Shown here: in pieces, positions 51,193-64,000 of the stretch | Layout of the letters: each line of letters begins with the position of its first letter | How positions within the stretch are numbered: position 1 is the stretch's first letter | Assembly (NCBI GenBank): GCA_964016885.1 | Contig: OZ024748.1 | Location: 42,036,001 to 42,100,000, forward strand | Direction: 5' to 3' | Length of the DNA: 64,000 bases | Source of the DNA: Eledone cirrhosa | Taxonomy: Eukaryota | Made by a program: the position numbers and the translations under genes | The notes under the pieces: model-generated | What the model was told of the DNA's origin: nothing | Databases searched by the model: none | What the model saw: the letters and a program-made list of their open reading frames with translations, nothing else

Positions 51193-52408
51193 TATATAGA
51201 TATATAAATAGAGGTGTGACACACAAGTTGTGATATATTAGTAAAAAGGAAAAGAAAATGCCGACAAATTTTTCCCAGGGAAAAATAGTTTAATTAGGAA
51301 TAAGTATAAATTAGTAATAAGTATTCGTTAGTATTCAGTTTTAGGTTTAAGCTTTTATCAGTTGCGCATTTCTAATGCTTTTCAAAAATAATTTTGAGAT
51401 AGATGGAAGACTTACGTAGATTAGAGAGAAACGAAGCCTGCATGCTCCGATGGATGTGTAACAGTAATATACGTGAACGACAAAGCATAAATGAATTGAG
51501 AGAGAGACTGAGCATAAGAGGAATCAAATGCTGCGTGCAGGAGAGGCGGTTACGCTGGTATGGACATGTGATGCGTATGAAGGATGACAGCTGCATAAAA
51601 AGGTGCAGAGCACTAGAAGTTGATGGAAACCGCGGAGTGGGGAGACCCAAGATGACTTGGGATGAGGTGATAAAAGCCGACCTTACCCAACTACACCTCT
51701 CAAAGTCAATGACACACGACCGTGACTTCTGGCGTCACGCAGTAATACAGGGTACCCGACCTCCCATGGGTACATGCTGAAGCATATAAACAATATGCCC
51801 CCCCCCCCCACCGCAAGGTGGTCGTGGAGGTGCCACGGCAAAAAAGCACCCAGCCCACACTGTAAAGTGGACGTGTAGGCGCCACGAAAAAGCACCCAGC
51901 ACTCACTGTAAATGAGGTTGGTGTTAGGAAGGGCATCCAGCTGTAGAAATCAAGCCAGATCAGTTCCTGTATGAGCAAGGCATGGTCAGCCGACCAGACA
52001 CTGCCCACAACAGGACAACCCGTCTAACCCATGCTAGCGTGGAAGAACGGACGTAAAACGGTGATGATGATGATGATGATGATGATAGAGCGCTTGTGAT
52101 GTTTAGAGCAAACATCACAAGCGCTCTATCTAAAAATTATTTTTGAAAAGCATTAGAAATGCACAACAGGTAAAAACTTAAACTAAAACTGAATACTAAC
52201 GAATACTTATTACTAATTTATACTTATTCCTAATTAAACTATTTTTCCCTCGGAAAAATTTGTCAGCATTTTCTTTTCCTTTTTACTTATATATATATAG
52301 GGCTATTGTGTTCATAGATTTCATTTACATATATATGTGACTTGGATGAGAATTACAGATTTGTTAGCAAAAAGCAAAAACAGGTATAGGGAAAACTTAG
52401 CTGGGTAC
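50887..52408. mobile_element. Foldback element/inverted duplication with later insertions
   Basis: 50887-50996 pairs with 52295-52408, and 51240-51402 pairs with 52125-52287; central hairpin at 52084-52130. Confidence 0.8.
51403..52085 (+). mobile_element. 5'-truncated RTE LINE inserted in the foldback centre
   Basis: ORF 51403-51780; 3' UTR and (GAT)n tail; GATAGA on both sides (possible TSD). Confidence 0.85.
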
Positions 52409-52438
52409 TATATATATATATATACATGTGAAATATAT

Positions 52439-52484
<46 letters not shown>

Positions 52485-52584
52485 TTCACCCTTAACGGGA
52501 TCTTCTGAAGAACTATTAAGGGTGAAAGCAGCGATTCTTTGCTTAAACTTTAATCTGTTATTTTAATAAATATATATATATATA

Positions 52585-52670
<86 letters not shown>

Positions 52671-53271
52671 TATATATATATAAAATTTTTTTTTAAATAT
52701 TTTCTTATCTTACGTCTTTTATATTATTGTTCTGCACCCTCCTGCGTTGAACCACCTAGGTACTATGACATAACCTGTGTATTTGCTGGCATGGACGTGC
52801 ATCTGTGCGCCTATGTTAGTTGATATATTAAATTATCTATATTTATCTCCAAATCACTGATTTGTCGAGCAAACCTGCCAAAACCACTTCTAAATTTTTA
52901 TTTTGGGGTGTTAGTAGGCGTCAGTCATCTTACCATCCCATTCCTTCTAACTAGCCTCTGTGTCACGTGATTGATTCTTTAGAATCGGCCATTTGACTAG
53001 AAGCAGTGAGAATTTCAGTACATGGAATCCAGTCCTCGCCAGCTGTTCTTTCTACCGAATTATTATTATTTTTATATGAGCCGCCAGTGTCCGCGCATTG
53101 CCTGGAGACTCAGCTGAGAATAGACTCCCTGATGGCGCAATGAATTCTCGACAGTTGGATTACGTAACTGTCTTTATCCCATTGCAGAAACTAATTAGTT
53201 GGAGTGAAAATTTAAGCAAGTAAGTAAAAAATTTTTTTTTAATTTTTTTAAAAATATTTTCTTATCTTACG

Positions 53272-53374
<103 letters not shown>

Positions 53375-53382
53375 TATATATA

Positions 53383-53430
<48 letters not shown>

Positions 53431-53555
53431 GGTGTATTATTGGTTGTGTCAAACGGTCCAATAAAATTTTTGTTAGCAATATTAAGTTCTCCACGCTTTT
53501 GTATAACTCCAATTCCATTTATGGGAACAGCTAGATGATGAAAAACGGAGCATTT

Positions 53556-55417
53556 GTATCAAAATAAAGATCCGAAGGCATGGTATAAATTTCCAATCAT
53601 TTTAATCACGACACATGTTTCAATAAGAGATAGATCGATCGCGTAGCCATGATCGATTGTCACTGATCTCGTCAGGTGAAAATGAATTGTCTTCAAATCC
53701 TTGATATGAGGGGGAAAAATTAATGCTGTTCACTCACAGAGTTTAGTCCCTCATATGAAGATCAAGCAGTCAAAACACGGCGACTGCTATCCTCCTCAGT
53801 TAGGGTCAAAAACTATCAAGTCTCTATCTCCCAATAACTGTAAAAGACGCTGGATATCAATCAAATCTGTAGAATTACAGTCGGTCACAGTTAATGTGAG
53901 TGGGTACACACACTCTCACACACACACGACGCGAAGTCAAAGAAAAAATATATATATACACATACCAACACAGCATCAAATCTGTAGAACTATAGAAGGT
54001 CACAGTTAGTGTGAATGAGTCACACACACCGGCACGAGGTTAAAGAAAAAATACATGGCTTAGTGGTTAGAGCATTGGCCTTGCAATCGAAAGGTTGTGA
54101 GTTCAATTCTCAGACCGGGTGATGTGTTGTTTCCTTGACAAGACACTTTATTTCACATTGCTCCAGTTAACTCAGCTGTAGAAATGAGATGATAGGGAGT
54201 GGGGTCCCTATCATTCCACTGCAAAGTGGTCGTGGAGGTGCCACGGCAAAAAAGCATCCAGCACTCATTGTAAATGAGGTTGGTGTTAGGAAGGACATCC
54301 AGCTGTAGAAATCAAGCCAAAATCAGTTCCCTTCCCCCCCTTGCAAGCAGGGAAAAGCAGACGTAAAATGAAATGATGATGATGATGATGATGATGATAC
54401 CAACATAGTATTCACCGAAAGTTAGTTTACAAAACAACAAATGTTATATTGGTCAAATCTCAATTTGACGATGTAAATTGAAAAAATTTATATCAAAATT
54501 GGCTCAATCGCAACCCTATACACATGCATGTAAGTTCGGGTCAATGTTCTGCTATAGATTGAATTGTAACATCCGTATCTCCAAATAGTGTATGTTATGG
54601 TATATACATCCGTATCATCTAGAAGGATTGGAAAACTTGCGTGTGTATAGGGTTGCGGTTGACCCAATTTTTCCAATTCTTTTGGACGATATGGATGTAT
54701 ATACCATAACATACACTATTTGGAGATACGGATGTTACAATTCAATCTATACACGTATAGCAGAACATTGACCCGAACTTACTTGCGTGTATATAGGGTT
54801 GTGGTTGAGCCAATTTTGATGTAAATTTTTCCAATTTACATCGTCAAATTGAGATTTGACCAATATAACATTTGTTGTTTTGTAAACTAACTTTCGGTGA
54901 ATACTATGTTGACATATTTGTATTTTTTCTTTAACCTTGTGTCGGTGTGTGTGAGTGTGTGTGACTCATTCACACTAACTGTGACCTTCTATAGTTCTAC
55001 AGATTTGATGCTGTGTTGGTATATGTATATATATATTTGTTTTCTTTGACTTCGCGTCGTGTGTGTGTGAGAGTGTGTGTACCCACTCACATTAACTGTG
55101 ACCGGCTGTAATTCTACAGATTTGATTGATATCCAGCGTCTTTTACAGTTATTGGGAGATAGAGACTTGATAGTTTTATGACCCTAACTGAGGACGATAG
55201 CAGTCGCGGTGTTTTGACTGCTTGATCTTCATATGAGGGACTAAACTCTGTGAGTGAACACCGTTAATTTTTCTCCCTGATATCAAGGATTTGAAGACAA
55301 TTCATTTTCACTTGACAAGATCAGTGATAATCGATCATGGCTACACAATCGATCTATCTCTTATTGAAACGTGTCGTGATTAAAATTTATACCATGCCTT
55401 CAGATCTTTATTTTGAT
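53556..55417. mobile_element. Large foldback palindrome (~730-bp arms, ~30-nt loop) with a SINE in the left arm
   Basis: 53556-54054 plus 54400-54636 are the diverged reverse complement of 54668-55417. Confidence 0.9.
54054..54398 (+). mobile_element. tRNA-derived SINE with a CORE-like central domain and RTE-type tail
   Basis: A box TGGCTTAGTGG, B box GTTCAATTC, then ccttgacaagacactttatttcacattgctcc; 3' part matches the RTE 3' UTR at ~51810-51970; (GAT)n tail. Confidence 0.8.
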
Positions 55418-55422
55418 ATATA

Positions 55423-56670
<1,248 letters not shown>

Positions 56671-56880
56671 CATATATATGTATGTATGTACGTATACATA
56701 CTTACATTTAAGTATCAGCCGTACTAAGAGTGAGAAATGAAATTTCATTTTTTCTATTTATCGTTTTTGGTACACCCAGCCGACTAACTCACTCGATATG
56801 CAAATTAGGCTGCTCAGCCGTTAATATGCATAAGGAAAGTATATACTTTCAAATGTTCAATCAACTGACAGGAAGGTATA

Positions 56881-56921
56881 CGGTGCTGATGACAGCTAAT
56901 AAGCTAGAAACTAGTTCATCG
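56881..56921 (+). ncRNA. Type I hammerhead ribozyme
   Basis: CGGTG-CTGATGA-C-AGCT-AATA-AGCT-A-GAAA-CTAG-TT-CATCG. Confidence 0.75.
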
Positions 56922-57303
56922 TTCCTTTGTCACTGTTGAACAAAAGGGCAACGATGGTTGCCGAACACTGTATGGCTAATAATTAGGGCTGTTTGTTTAC
57001 AAACAAACCGAGCATTATAATAAATGTTCGGTAAACCCATACATACACATATATATATGTGTGCATGTATGTATATACATACTACTGTACGTCTGTATAC
57101 ATATATGTATGTACGTATACATACTTACATTTAAGTAACAGCCGTACTAAGAGTGAGAAATGAAATTTCTTTTTTTCCATTTATCGTTTTCGGTACACCC
57201 AGCCAACTAAATCACTCGATATGCAAATTAGGCTGCTCAGCCGTTAATATGCATAAGGAAAGTATATACTTTCAAACGTTCAATCGACTGACTGGAAGGT
57301 AAA

Positions 57304-57344
57304 CAGTGCTAATGACAGCTAATAAGCTAGAAACTAGTTCATCG
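57304..57344 (+). ncRNA. Hammerhead copy with a mutated core (CTAATGA), probably inactive
   Basis: CAGTG-CTAATGA-CAGCTAATAAGCTA-GAAA-CTAG-TT-CATCG. Confidence 0.55.
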
Positions 57345-57603
57345 TTCCTTTGTCAGTGTTGAACAAAAGGGCAACAATGATTGCACAACACTGTATGGCT
57401 AATAATTCGGGCTGTTTGTTTACAAACAAACCGAGCATTATAATAAATGTTCGGTAAACCCATACGTACATATATATATATGTGTGCATGTATGGATATA
57501 CATACTACTGTATGTCTGTATACATATATGTATGTATACATACTTACATATATATATATATCATCATCATCATCATTTTACGTCCGCTTTTCCCTGCTTG
57601 CAA

Positions 57604-57635
<32 letters not shown>

Positions 57636-57636
57636 T

Positions 57637-58861
57637 CTAGGGCGGGTAAAATTCCTGAGACCCATGGATGAGTTCTCTCCAGCAGTCTCTGTCCCTCATT
57701 ATCGCTCCCATGTCCTGTGTCTCCAACAGACCAGTGTCTGTCCTTAGGGCATCAACATACGTTAACCTTGGTCTTCCACTTCCAGTGTGTCCATGTAGGG
57801 GCTCCCACGGGAGCACTGAGTGCAATGTCAACTCTGGATGTCGGTGAGCATGTCCAGCTAACCTCAGTCTCCTCTGTGTCACTTTTTAGCTGACTTTTGG
57901 GAGGCTCCCATACAGCTCTGAGTTTTTCATCCTCAGTGTATATTGATTAATGTTCAGAGCCATCCTCAGCATTCTCGTGTAGCACCCATCCACCATCTGA
58001 GTGAGTTTCTTGGTCAGTGTCCAAGTCTCAGACCCGTACAGCAGCACAGACTCCACTACAGCAATGAAGAGGCGGATTTTCAGATCTTTACAAAGGTCCG
58101 ATTTCCACACTGATCTCAAGCTGTGGCACGCCGCCCAGGCTTTGCTCTTCCTCTCAACCACATCATCTTCCGTATTCCCAATCTTTGCTCCCAAATACAG
58201 GAAGTCCTCAACCAATTCTAGCAGCTTCCCGCCTACATTAGTGATCCCCTCTGGCTTCTCAACATTCTCTACCAGATATTTTGTTTTAGTCTCATTCATT
58301 CTCAGCCCCACACTCATCGACACAATCTCAACCTCCTGCATCAAATCCTCTGCCTCCTTCACTGTATTTGTCACCAAAACTATGTCGTCGGCAAATTCAG
58401 CATCCGATATCTTTTTCGCCTTAACTCTCCTGCTCTGAGCCGGTGCTACAGTAAAGCCAGAGTCCTGGTGTTTCTCCAGTGCAAGGCGCATACAATAGTC
58501 CACTACGATGATAAAAAGGTAGGGAGCCAATGTATCTCCCTGGAGCACTCCAGCCAGTATCTCAAAGAACTCTGTCATCCCATCAGGTGTAATGACTTGG
58601 GCTTTGGTGTTGGTGTAGAGCAGTGATACCAGGTCCACTATCTTCTTGGAGATTCCATAAGCCTGTAAGATCTTCATCAGGCAGTGACGGTCCACAGAAT
58701 CAAAGGCCTTCCTAACGTCAATGAAAACCATGACCGCAGGAAGGCACTTTGCTCTAGCTCCTTCTAATATCCTCCTCAGCATCAGGATGTGACTGGTGGT
58801 TGATCTTCCCTCTCTGAAGCCGTTCTGGTTGTCCCTGAACTTCTTCTCCATCTCAGGCTGG

Positions 58862-58866
<5 letters not shown>
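57637..58866 (-). mobile_element. RTE-like LINE reverse transcriptase fragment embedded in (TA)n
   Basis: ORF 57886-58866 (QNGFR, KAFDSV, GVLQGDTLAPYLF, FADD, LLYGSETW) plus 57637-57882 after one stop. Confidence 0.9.
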
Positions 58867-58902
<36 letters not shown>

Positions 58903-58926
58903 CTATTTACATATATATCTCATATA

Positions 58927-59642
58927 TCTGTATATATATATAAGGAAGAAGTGTTCTGTATGTGTGTGTGTGGACAATTTTTATTGAGGACTCTTATATT
59001 CCAAACCATTCATGCGATTTCTTTGAAATTTTTTACAGAGCTTCTCCTTGCACAAAAGCTGTACATGATCTACAAAGGCTTTCAAAAATTGATATTGGGG
59101 TCTTTGGAGACATTAAAAAAGTTTCGGTTATTTGTGTGAATTTTCGTGATTAAGTGAGACAAAAGTTATCTTTAAGTAAGACAAGAGTTATCTTTCGTAA
59201 TTCAGCTCATTCGGATTTTAATTTACTCTTTGTACTTGAAACAAAAGGTACACTTCCTTGAGACTAACAATATCATTTTGTATATTTCACAACCAGCAAT
59301 TTCTAACACATTACTATGTTAAGTTATAGATTTGACATTGTATAATTTATCGTTTCAAGCTTGATGTTCATACATTAAGTGATGTCATAACTTTTACAAT
59401 ATTATGCTTTGTACATAATAGTGTCTATTATTCACTTCACTTCTCTATTTCATGATGCGCTTTTACTGTTGTCAAAAAAGACACCGAGCTCACATATTAA
59501 TTATTTCGATGGAATAGTGCCTAAGGTTTTCATGTTTACATAAAGTACGTTTTTCTTCTATGTATTCAAATTTACTTTGTTTAGTTTAATGAGCTACATC
59601 GAAAGCTACTTGAACTGTCCAAAGGACGGGTAGTTTAGCTAG
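58927..59642 (+). mobile_element. Non-autonomous Helitron-like element
   Basis: A|TC 5' end, subterminal (TG)n, 3' hairpin CTGTCC-AAA-GGACGG, CTAG|T 3' end, no TSD. Confidence 0.65.
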
Positions 59643-59799
59643 TATATATATATATATATGTAAATGAAGCCTATGTACACAATAGCCCTATATATATATA
59701 TTTTCTCTTGTACCTCCTAAATTAATTATTGGTTGACTTTGGTTAATTTCAAAACAGGTTTCACACTTAATTAGGTAAAATTAATTTCTTAACAAAGTA

Positions 59800-60190
59800 A
59801 GTGGTTGTGTTGGTGTCACGATAAAATACACCCAGTACACTCTGTAAAGTGGTTGTGGTGGTGTCATGATAAATACACCCAGTACACTCTGTAAAGTAGT
59901 AGTGTTGGAGTCATGGTAAAATACACCCAGTAGACTCTGTAAAGTGGTAGTGTTGATGCCATGATAAAATACACCCAGTACACTCTGTAAAGTGGCTGGT
60001 GTTACCAGAGATATCCAGTGAAAGAAACCATGCCAAATATAGAACTGGTAAACAAGTTGTGGTTTTCTGACCAGTCAAGTTTCATTCTTTTCCAATGCCA
60101 GCATAGAAAAATGTCAGTGATGGTGATGATGATGATAGTGATAATGTGATGATGGTGTTGATGATGGTGATGATGATGATGGTGAGGATT
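59800..60190 (+). repeat. 47-48-bp tandem repeats derived from the RTE/SINE tail, followed by a degenerate tail
   Basis: aaatacacccagtacactctgtaaagt at 59824, 59871, 59919, 59967. Confidence 0.75.
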
Positions 60191-60394
60191 GTGATGGTGA
60201 TAGAGAAAGCCAGCATAGAAAGATGAGTGATGGTGATGATGATGATGATAATGACGATGATGATGATGATGATGGAGAAAGTCCATGATAAATTCTGGTT
60301 TCTGTAGCATTAAACAGAAGTGAGTTCAAACTTCTCCAGGACAGTATGCTAGCAATTTCACCTAAAAAAAAAAAAAAAAAAAACTTAGCACCAA

Positions 60395-60540
60395 TTAAAG
60401 TGGAACATTTTCCAAGGTGACCACACAAATTTCGAAACCTTTTAAAGTGGAACATTTTCCGAGTTGACCACAGAAATTTCGAAATCTTTTAAAGAGGAAC
60501 ATTTTCCAAGGTGACCACAGAAATTTCGAAACCTTTAAAT
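60395..60540. repeat. 48-bp tandem repeat x3
   Basis: ttaaagtggaacattttccaaggtgaccaca.aaatttcgaaacct. Confidence 0.9.
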
Positions 60541-60680
60541 TTATGTCCTTAACGCTCTTGGGGGTGTAATATAAATGCCATGACAAACCAGTTTCCAAAT
60601 AAATGTTGTGAGACTTCCACGAAACAATTTTAACAAGACCCTGTACTTCTCTCTATATTTTATGAATGTACATGTGTGTG

Positions 60681-60711
<31 letters not shown>

Positions 60712-61589
60712 ATTTCACGTTCCTAGTCTGTGCGTCCGTCCGTGTGTTTTTGTATATGTATTTGTCAAGTATACATAAACACACACACACATACATATAT
60801 ATATACAATGAGTGTGTGTGTGTAATGTACGCTGTTGTGTGAATGTGTAACTATTATTTGGACACATTTGTATGTATGCGTGCGCATATGTGTGTACGTA
60901 TGGTGTATAGATGTGTGTGTCTCTGAATATGTCTGTATGTGTGCCTGTTTGTACGTGTGCGTGTGTGTCTGTATGTATGAATGTGTATGTGTGACTGTAT
61001 GTACCTGTGTGACTGTGTGTGTATATATATATATGTGTGTGTGTATGTGTGACTGTGTATATATATATATACATATATACGTGTGTCTGAGACTATATAT
61101 ATATATATGAGTGTGTGTGTGACTGTGTATATATATACATATATAAGCGTGTGTGAGACTATATATATATATATATATGTGAGTGTGTGTGTGTGACTGT
61201 GTATATATATACATATATAAGCGTGTGTGTGTATATATATATATATATGTATGTGTGTGCGTGTGTGTAACTGCACTGAGATTCTTCAACGAAAAAAATG
61301 AAGACGCGAACGCATCCAGTCGATCTGATTTAACGATTCCATTGTTGTTAACTACCGAAGTAAGTTAACTGGATTTAGACAAACATCAGTAATAATGGAA
61401 ATAAGAAAAGTAAAATTAGCAATCTTTACACTACTTGCAGTAAAAGCTTAAAAGCTGCCTGCAGCAACTGCGAGCTGATGCCCCCCAAAAAAATGTGACA
61501 GATTTGTTTACAAATTTAATTTTTTTATTTATACGTTTAAAAAATGAAAACAAACCATGTATTCATTACTTAACACAAATCTATTCATG

Positions 61590-61685
61590 TAATGGTAATA
61601 ATAATGGTAATGGTTTCTTTATTAGCCACACAGGGCTTACATTAAGAGGACAATAAGGACAGTACAGGACGGTGCAGTGTGGGAG
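61590..61685 (-). mobile_element. Short 3'-end remnant of a related Tx1 element next to degenerate (AAT)n
   Basis: tttctttattagccacacagggcttaca...aaggacagtacaggacgg resembles 3590-3660 and 7612-7680. Confidence 0.6.
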
Positions 61686-62907
61686 AAAGGTTTATAAAGA
61701 ACACTAAATATATATATAATAATAATATTACTAATAATATTACTACACATTATATATATATATATTTTATATTATATATATTATATACACAACATCATCA
61801 TCATATATAATATTATTAAGTAAGTGGTGGTTTTTTTTTTTGAAAGATTGTGTTGTTTGTAGTGTATATATATATATATGTATACGTAGTGTGTGTATGT
61901 GTGTATATATTTATAAATATATATATATATATATATTGCATTGTAGTATAGTATATATATATGTGTGTGTGTGTGTGTATGTATTGTAATGTAGTGTATG
62001 TATATATATATATGTGTGTGTGTCTATATGTATTACATTGTAGTGTATGTATATGTGTGTATAATATATATATGTATGTATGTGTGCATGTATATGTATT
62101 GTATTGAGTAAATTCGAAGCTAAAGTATTGATTAAGTAGCGGCGGCGATGTGACGTGTGAAGAAGTAGAAGAAAGAAAAGAAGACGAATTAGAGGTAGAA
62201 AGAGGAGGAGAATAAGAAGCAGAGTGAGGATGTGAAATGTAAATGTGTGTGAAATGTGAAGCAGTAGTCGCCATATTGCTATTTCACGTCTTTCTCTGCG
62301 CACGGCCCAAAACAAACGTGAAAGGCCATGTGTTAGAAAAACATTTTCAACCGGGACCTTCAAATGTAAATAATTTGGGTCATCATCATAATATATATAT
62401 AATACATAGACAAACTTAACTACATACCCATATTTCAGTTTTCTCTGCAAGCATAGGGACCTTATCCAACGCAACAAAACTAAAGACAAGCGATCCCGTT
62501 TTGATATTTCGGAGGATTCTAATGAACATGTTTCTTCTTTTTATTGGAAAATTCCAAACAAGAACATAACAAAATTTCATTATTTACTTTATAGTCCACC
62601 CCTTAATTTTTCCAAACTTCTTGTTTTTATTTGGCAGAGGAAAAACCGTTAAATAATAATAATTGATTGTTTAATTAATTTTTTTGCTGAGGATGAGAAT
62701 ATATGTTTAGGAGAATAACTATTCTAGTCTATTTCATTTTTTTTGCCTTTCATTTAAATAACTTAAACACTATTTTTTAAATCTTTTCATTGATATCTTT
62801 TTATTTGTTAGTTGGAGAAAAAGAAAAAAAAAATTCCAAGCGTGTTTATTTTTATTGAAAATTTAATAATTCGCGACAAAAAAAAAACTGTTCATTCAGC
62901 CTTGAGA

Positions 62908-63468
62908 ATGTGCCCGGTATTCACTGGAAAGTATTGCATCTTATGTTTTCTATTCTGTTTGCTTCTGTCGCCTTCTTCTCCCAACAAATCTGAGAAAACC
63001 CGGCTTTCACCACCACCACCACCAAATACGACACCTCCACCAATATCATCGCCTAATTCCAGGCTTGAAGAAGACAATTACAAGCAAAAAAGTCCCAAAT
63101 CTTATGAAAAAGCTAATCATAATTTCGAATCTGAACAGCAGATCTCCCACCCCGATAGGAGGAACACTACTTTATACTTCATAAAGATTCTCTTTGACAA
63201 ATACGGTGAAGCCGACACTTTGACATTAGATGGTTTGAAATTATTGCTTTACAGTATCGGCCTTGAAACTAAGCAAAATGTTTCCTCTGTGTTGTCCCCA
63301 ACTTCCAAGTCATCTGTCCCCACGAATCCATCTTCCCTATCTTCCACACATGTCGACAGCACGGAAGAGCCGAATTCTGTACAAGGTGCTCGTTCCAGGA
63401 GACACGTATCTACTAACAAATCAACTTCTGATTCAAATAATGAAAAACACAGCCGTCCATCATCAGCG
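62908..63468 (+). CDS. First coding exon of a LIV-1-subfamily ZIP zinc transporter (SLC39A6/SLC39A10/foi-like)
   Basis: ATG at 62908; signal-peptide-like KYCILCFLFCLLLS; YFIKILFDKYGEADTLTLDGLKLLLYSIGL resembles the LIV-1 ectodomain LFxxYG...LLxxIG motif; candidate donor GCG|GTAATA at 63468/63469. Confidence 0.7.
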
Positions 63469-64000
63469 GTAATAATATTCACATTTTTCTTCTTACTTTT
63501 TGCTTATTTTACTATCAGTTTTTAACACTAACCTTCTATGTACATAACCACTCACTTTCTTTCTCCAATCATTTCATCTTTCTATCTCTCCTTATTCTCT
63601 CTCTCCATCTCCTTTGCTATGTTCTATCATTCCTCGTTTATTTTACAAGTCTGGACAATATAACAATATATATCTTTATATACAAACTTTGAATTGCCAG
63701 AAATATATATATATATAATAGTAATTAAATAAATACCTCCTTATTTAACCATGAACACTATAACTCAAGCATACAATTTATGTATATATATGCACATGTA
63801 TAGTATAGTAGTACATATAGACATACATACATATTTAATAGCATGTATACACACGTATAACAATGCATACACACACGCACATGTATAATAGTATATATAT
63901 ATACACATGTACAACAATATATACACACACATGTATAGCAATATGTACACACGCACATGCATGATAATACATACATATATAACAATATACACGCACGTGT

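Larger units (their letters stand above)
56672..57550 (+). mobile_element. Second subfamily of the ~420-bp hammerhead-bearing tandem unit (2 copies, period 423 bp)
   Basis: Aligns along its length with 34045-34692; hammerheads at 56881 and 57304. Confidence 0.85.

Noticed and set aside
52495-52550. CTGAAGA...GAAA hammerhead-like string
   Set aside because: Stem II is only 3 bp, stem I is essentially absent, and a competing 12-bp hairpin exists.
54054-54120. tRNA gene
   Set aside because: A and B boxes are present, but there is no intact acceptor stem and it continues into a SINE body and tail.
62812-62907. N-terminal extension of the 237-aa ORF, and its C-terminal hydrophobic tail after 63468
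   Set aside because: It starts at a non-ATG codon in A-rich UTR/intron sequence; the tail is T-rich intron beyond the likely donor.

Overview
AT-rich, microsatellite-dense animal (eukaryotic) DNA, almost entirely transposon-derived. The repeat repertoire resembles an octopod cephalopod, which is an inference. 1-13.5 kb: array of R4/Dong-type REL LINEs (+) alternating with L1/Tx1-type APE LINEs (-), separated by (AAT)n and ending in the (ATT)n tail of a CR1 remnant. 20.0-30.3 kb: one CsRn1-like Ty3/Gypsy element with a second nested inside it in reverse; two nested solo LTRs follow at 35.2-36.2 kb. Three of these LTR insertions end TG...AA rather than TG...CA. 30.8-39 kb and 50.9-57.6 kb: many foldback/inverted duplications, Penelope remnants and several type I hammerhead ribozyme motifs, including a ~420-bp tandem, hammerhead-bearing, retrozyme-like unit present as two subfamilies with a compensatory base-pair change. 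39.6-50.9 kb: minisatellite field, partly seeded from LINE sequence. Also RTE LINE fragments, a tRNA-SINE, and mariner, pogo, piggyBac-MITE and Helitron remnants. The only credible host coding exon is the first coding exon of a LIV-1/ZIP (SLC39A6/10-like) zinc transporter at 62.9-63.5 kb. All alignments and folds were done by eye.
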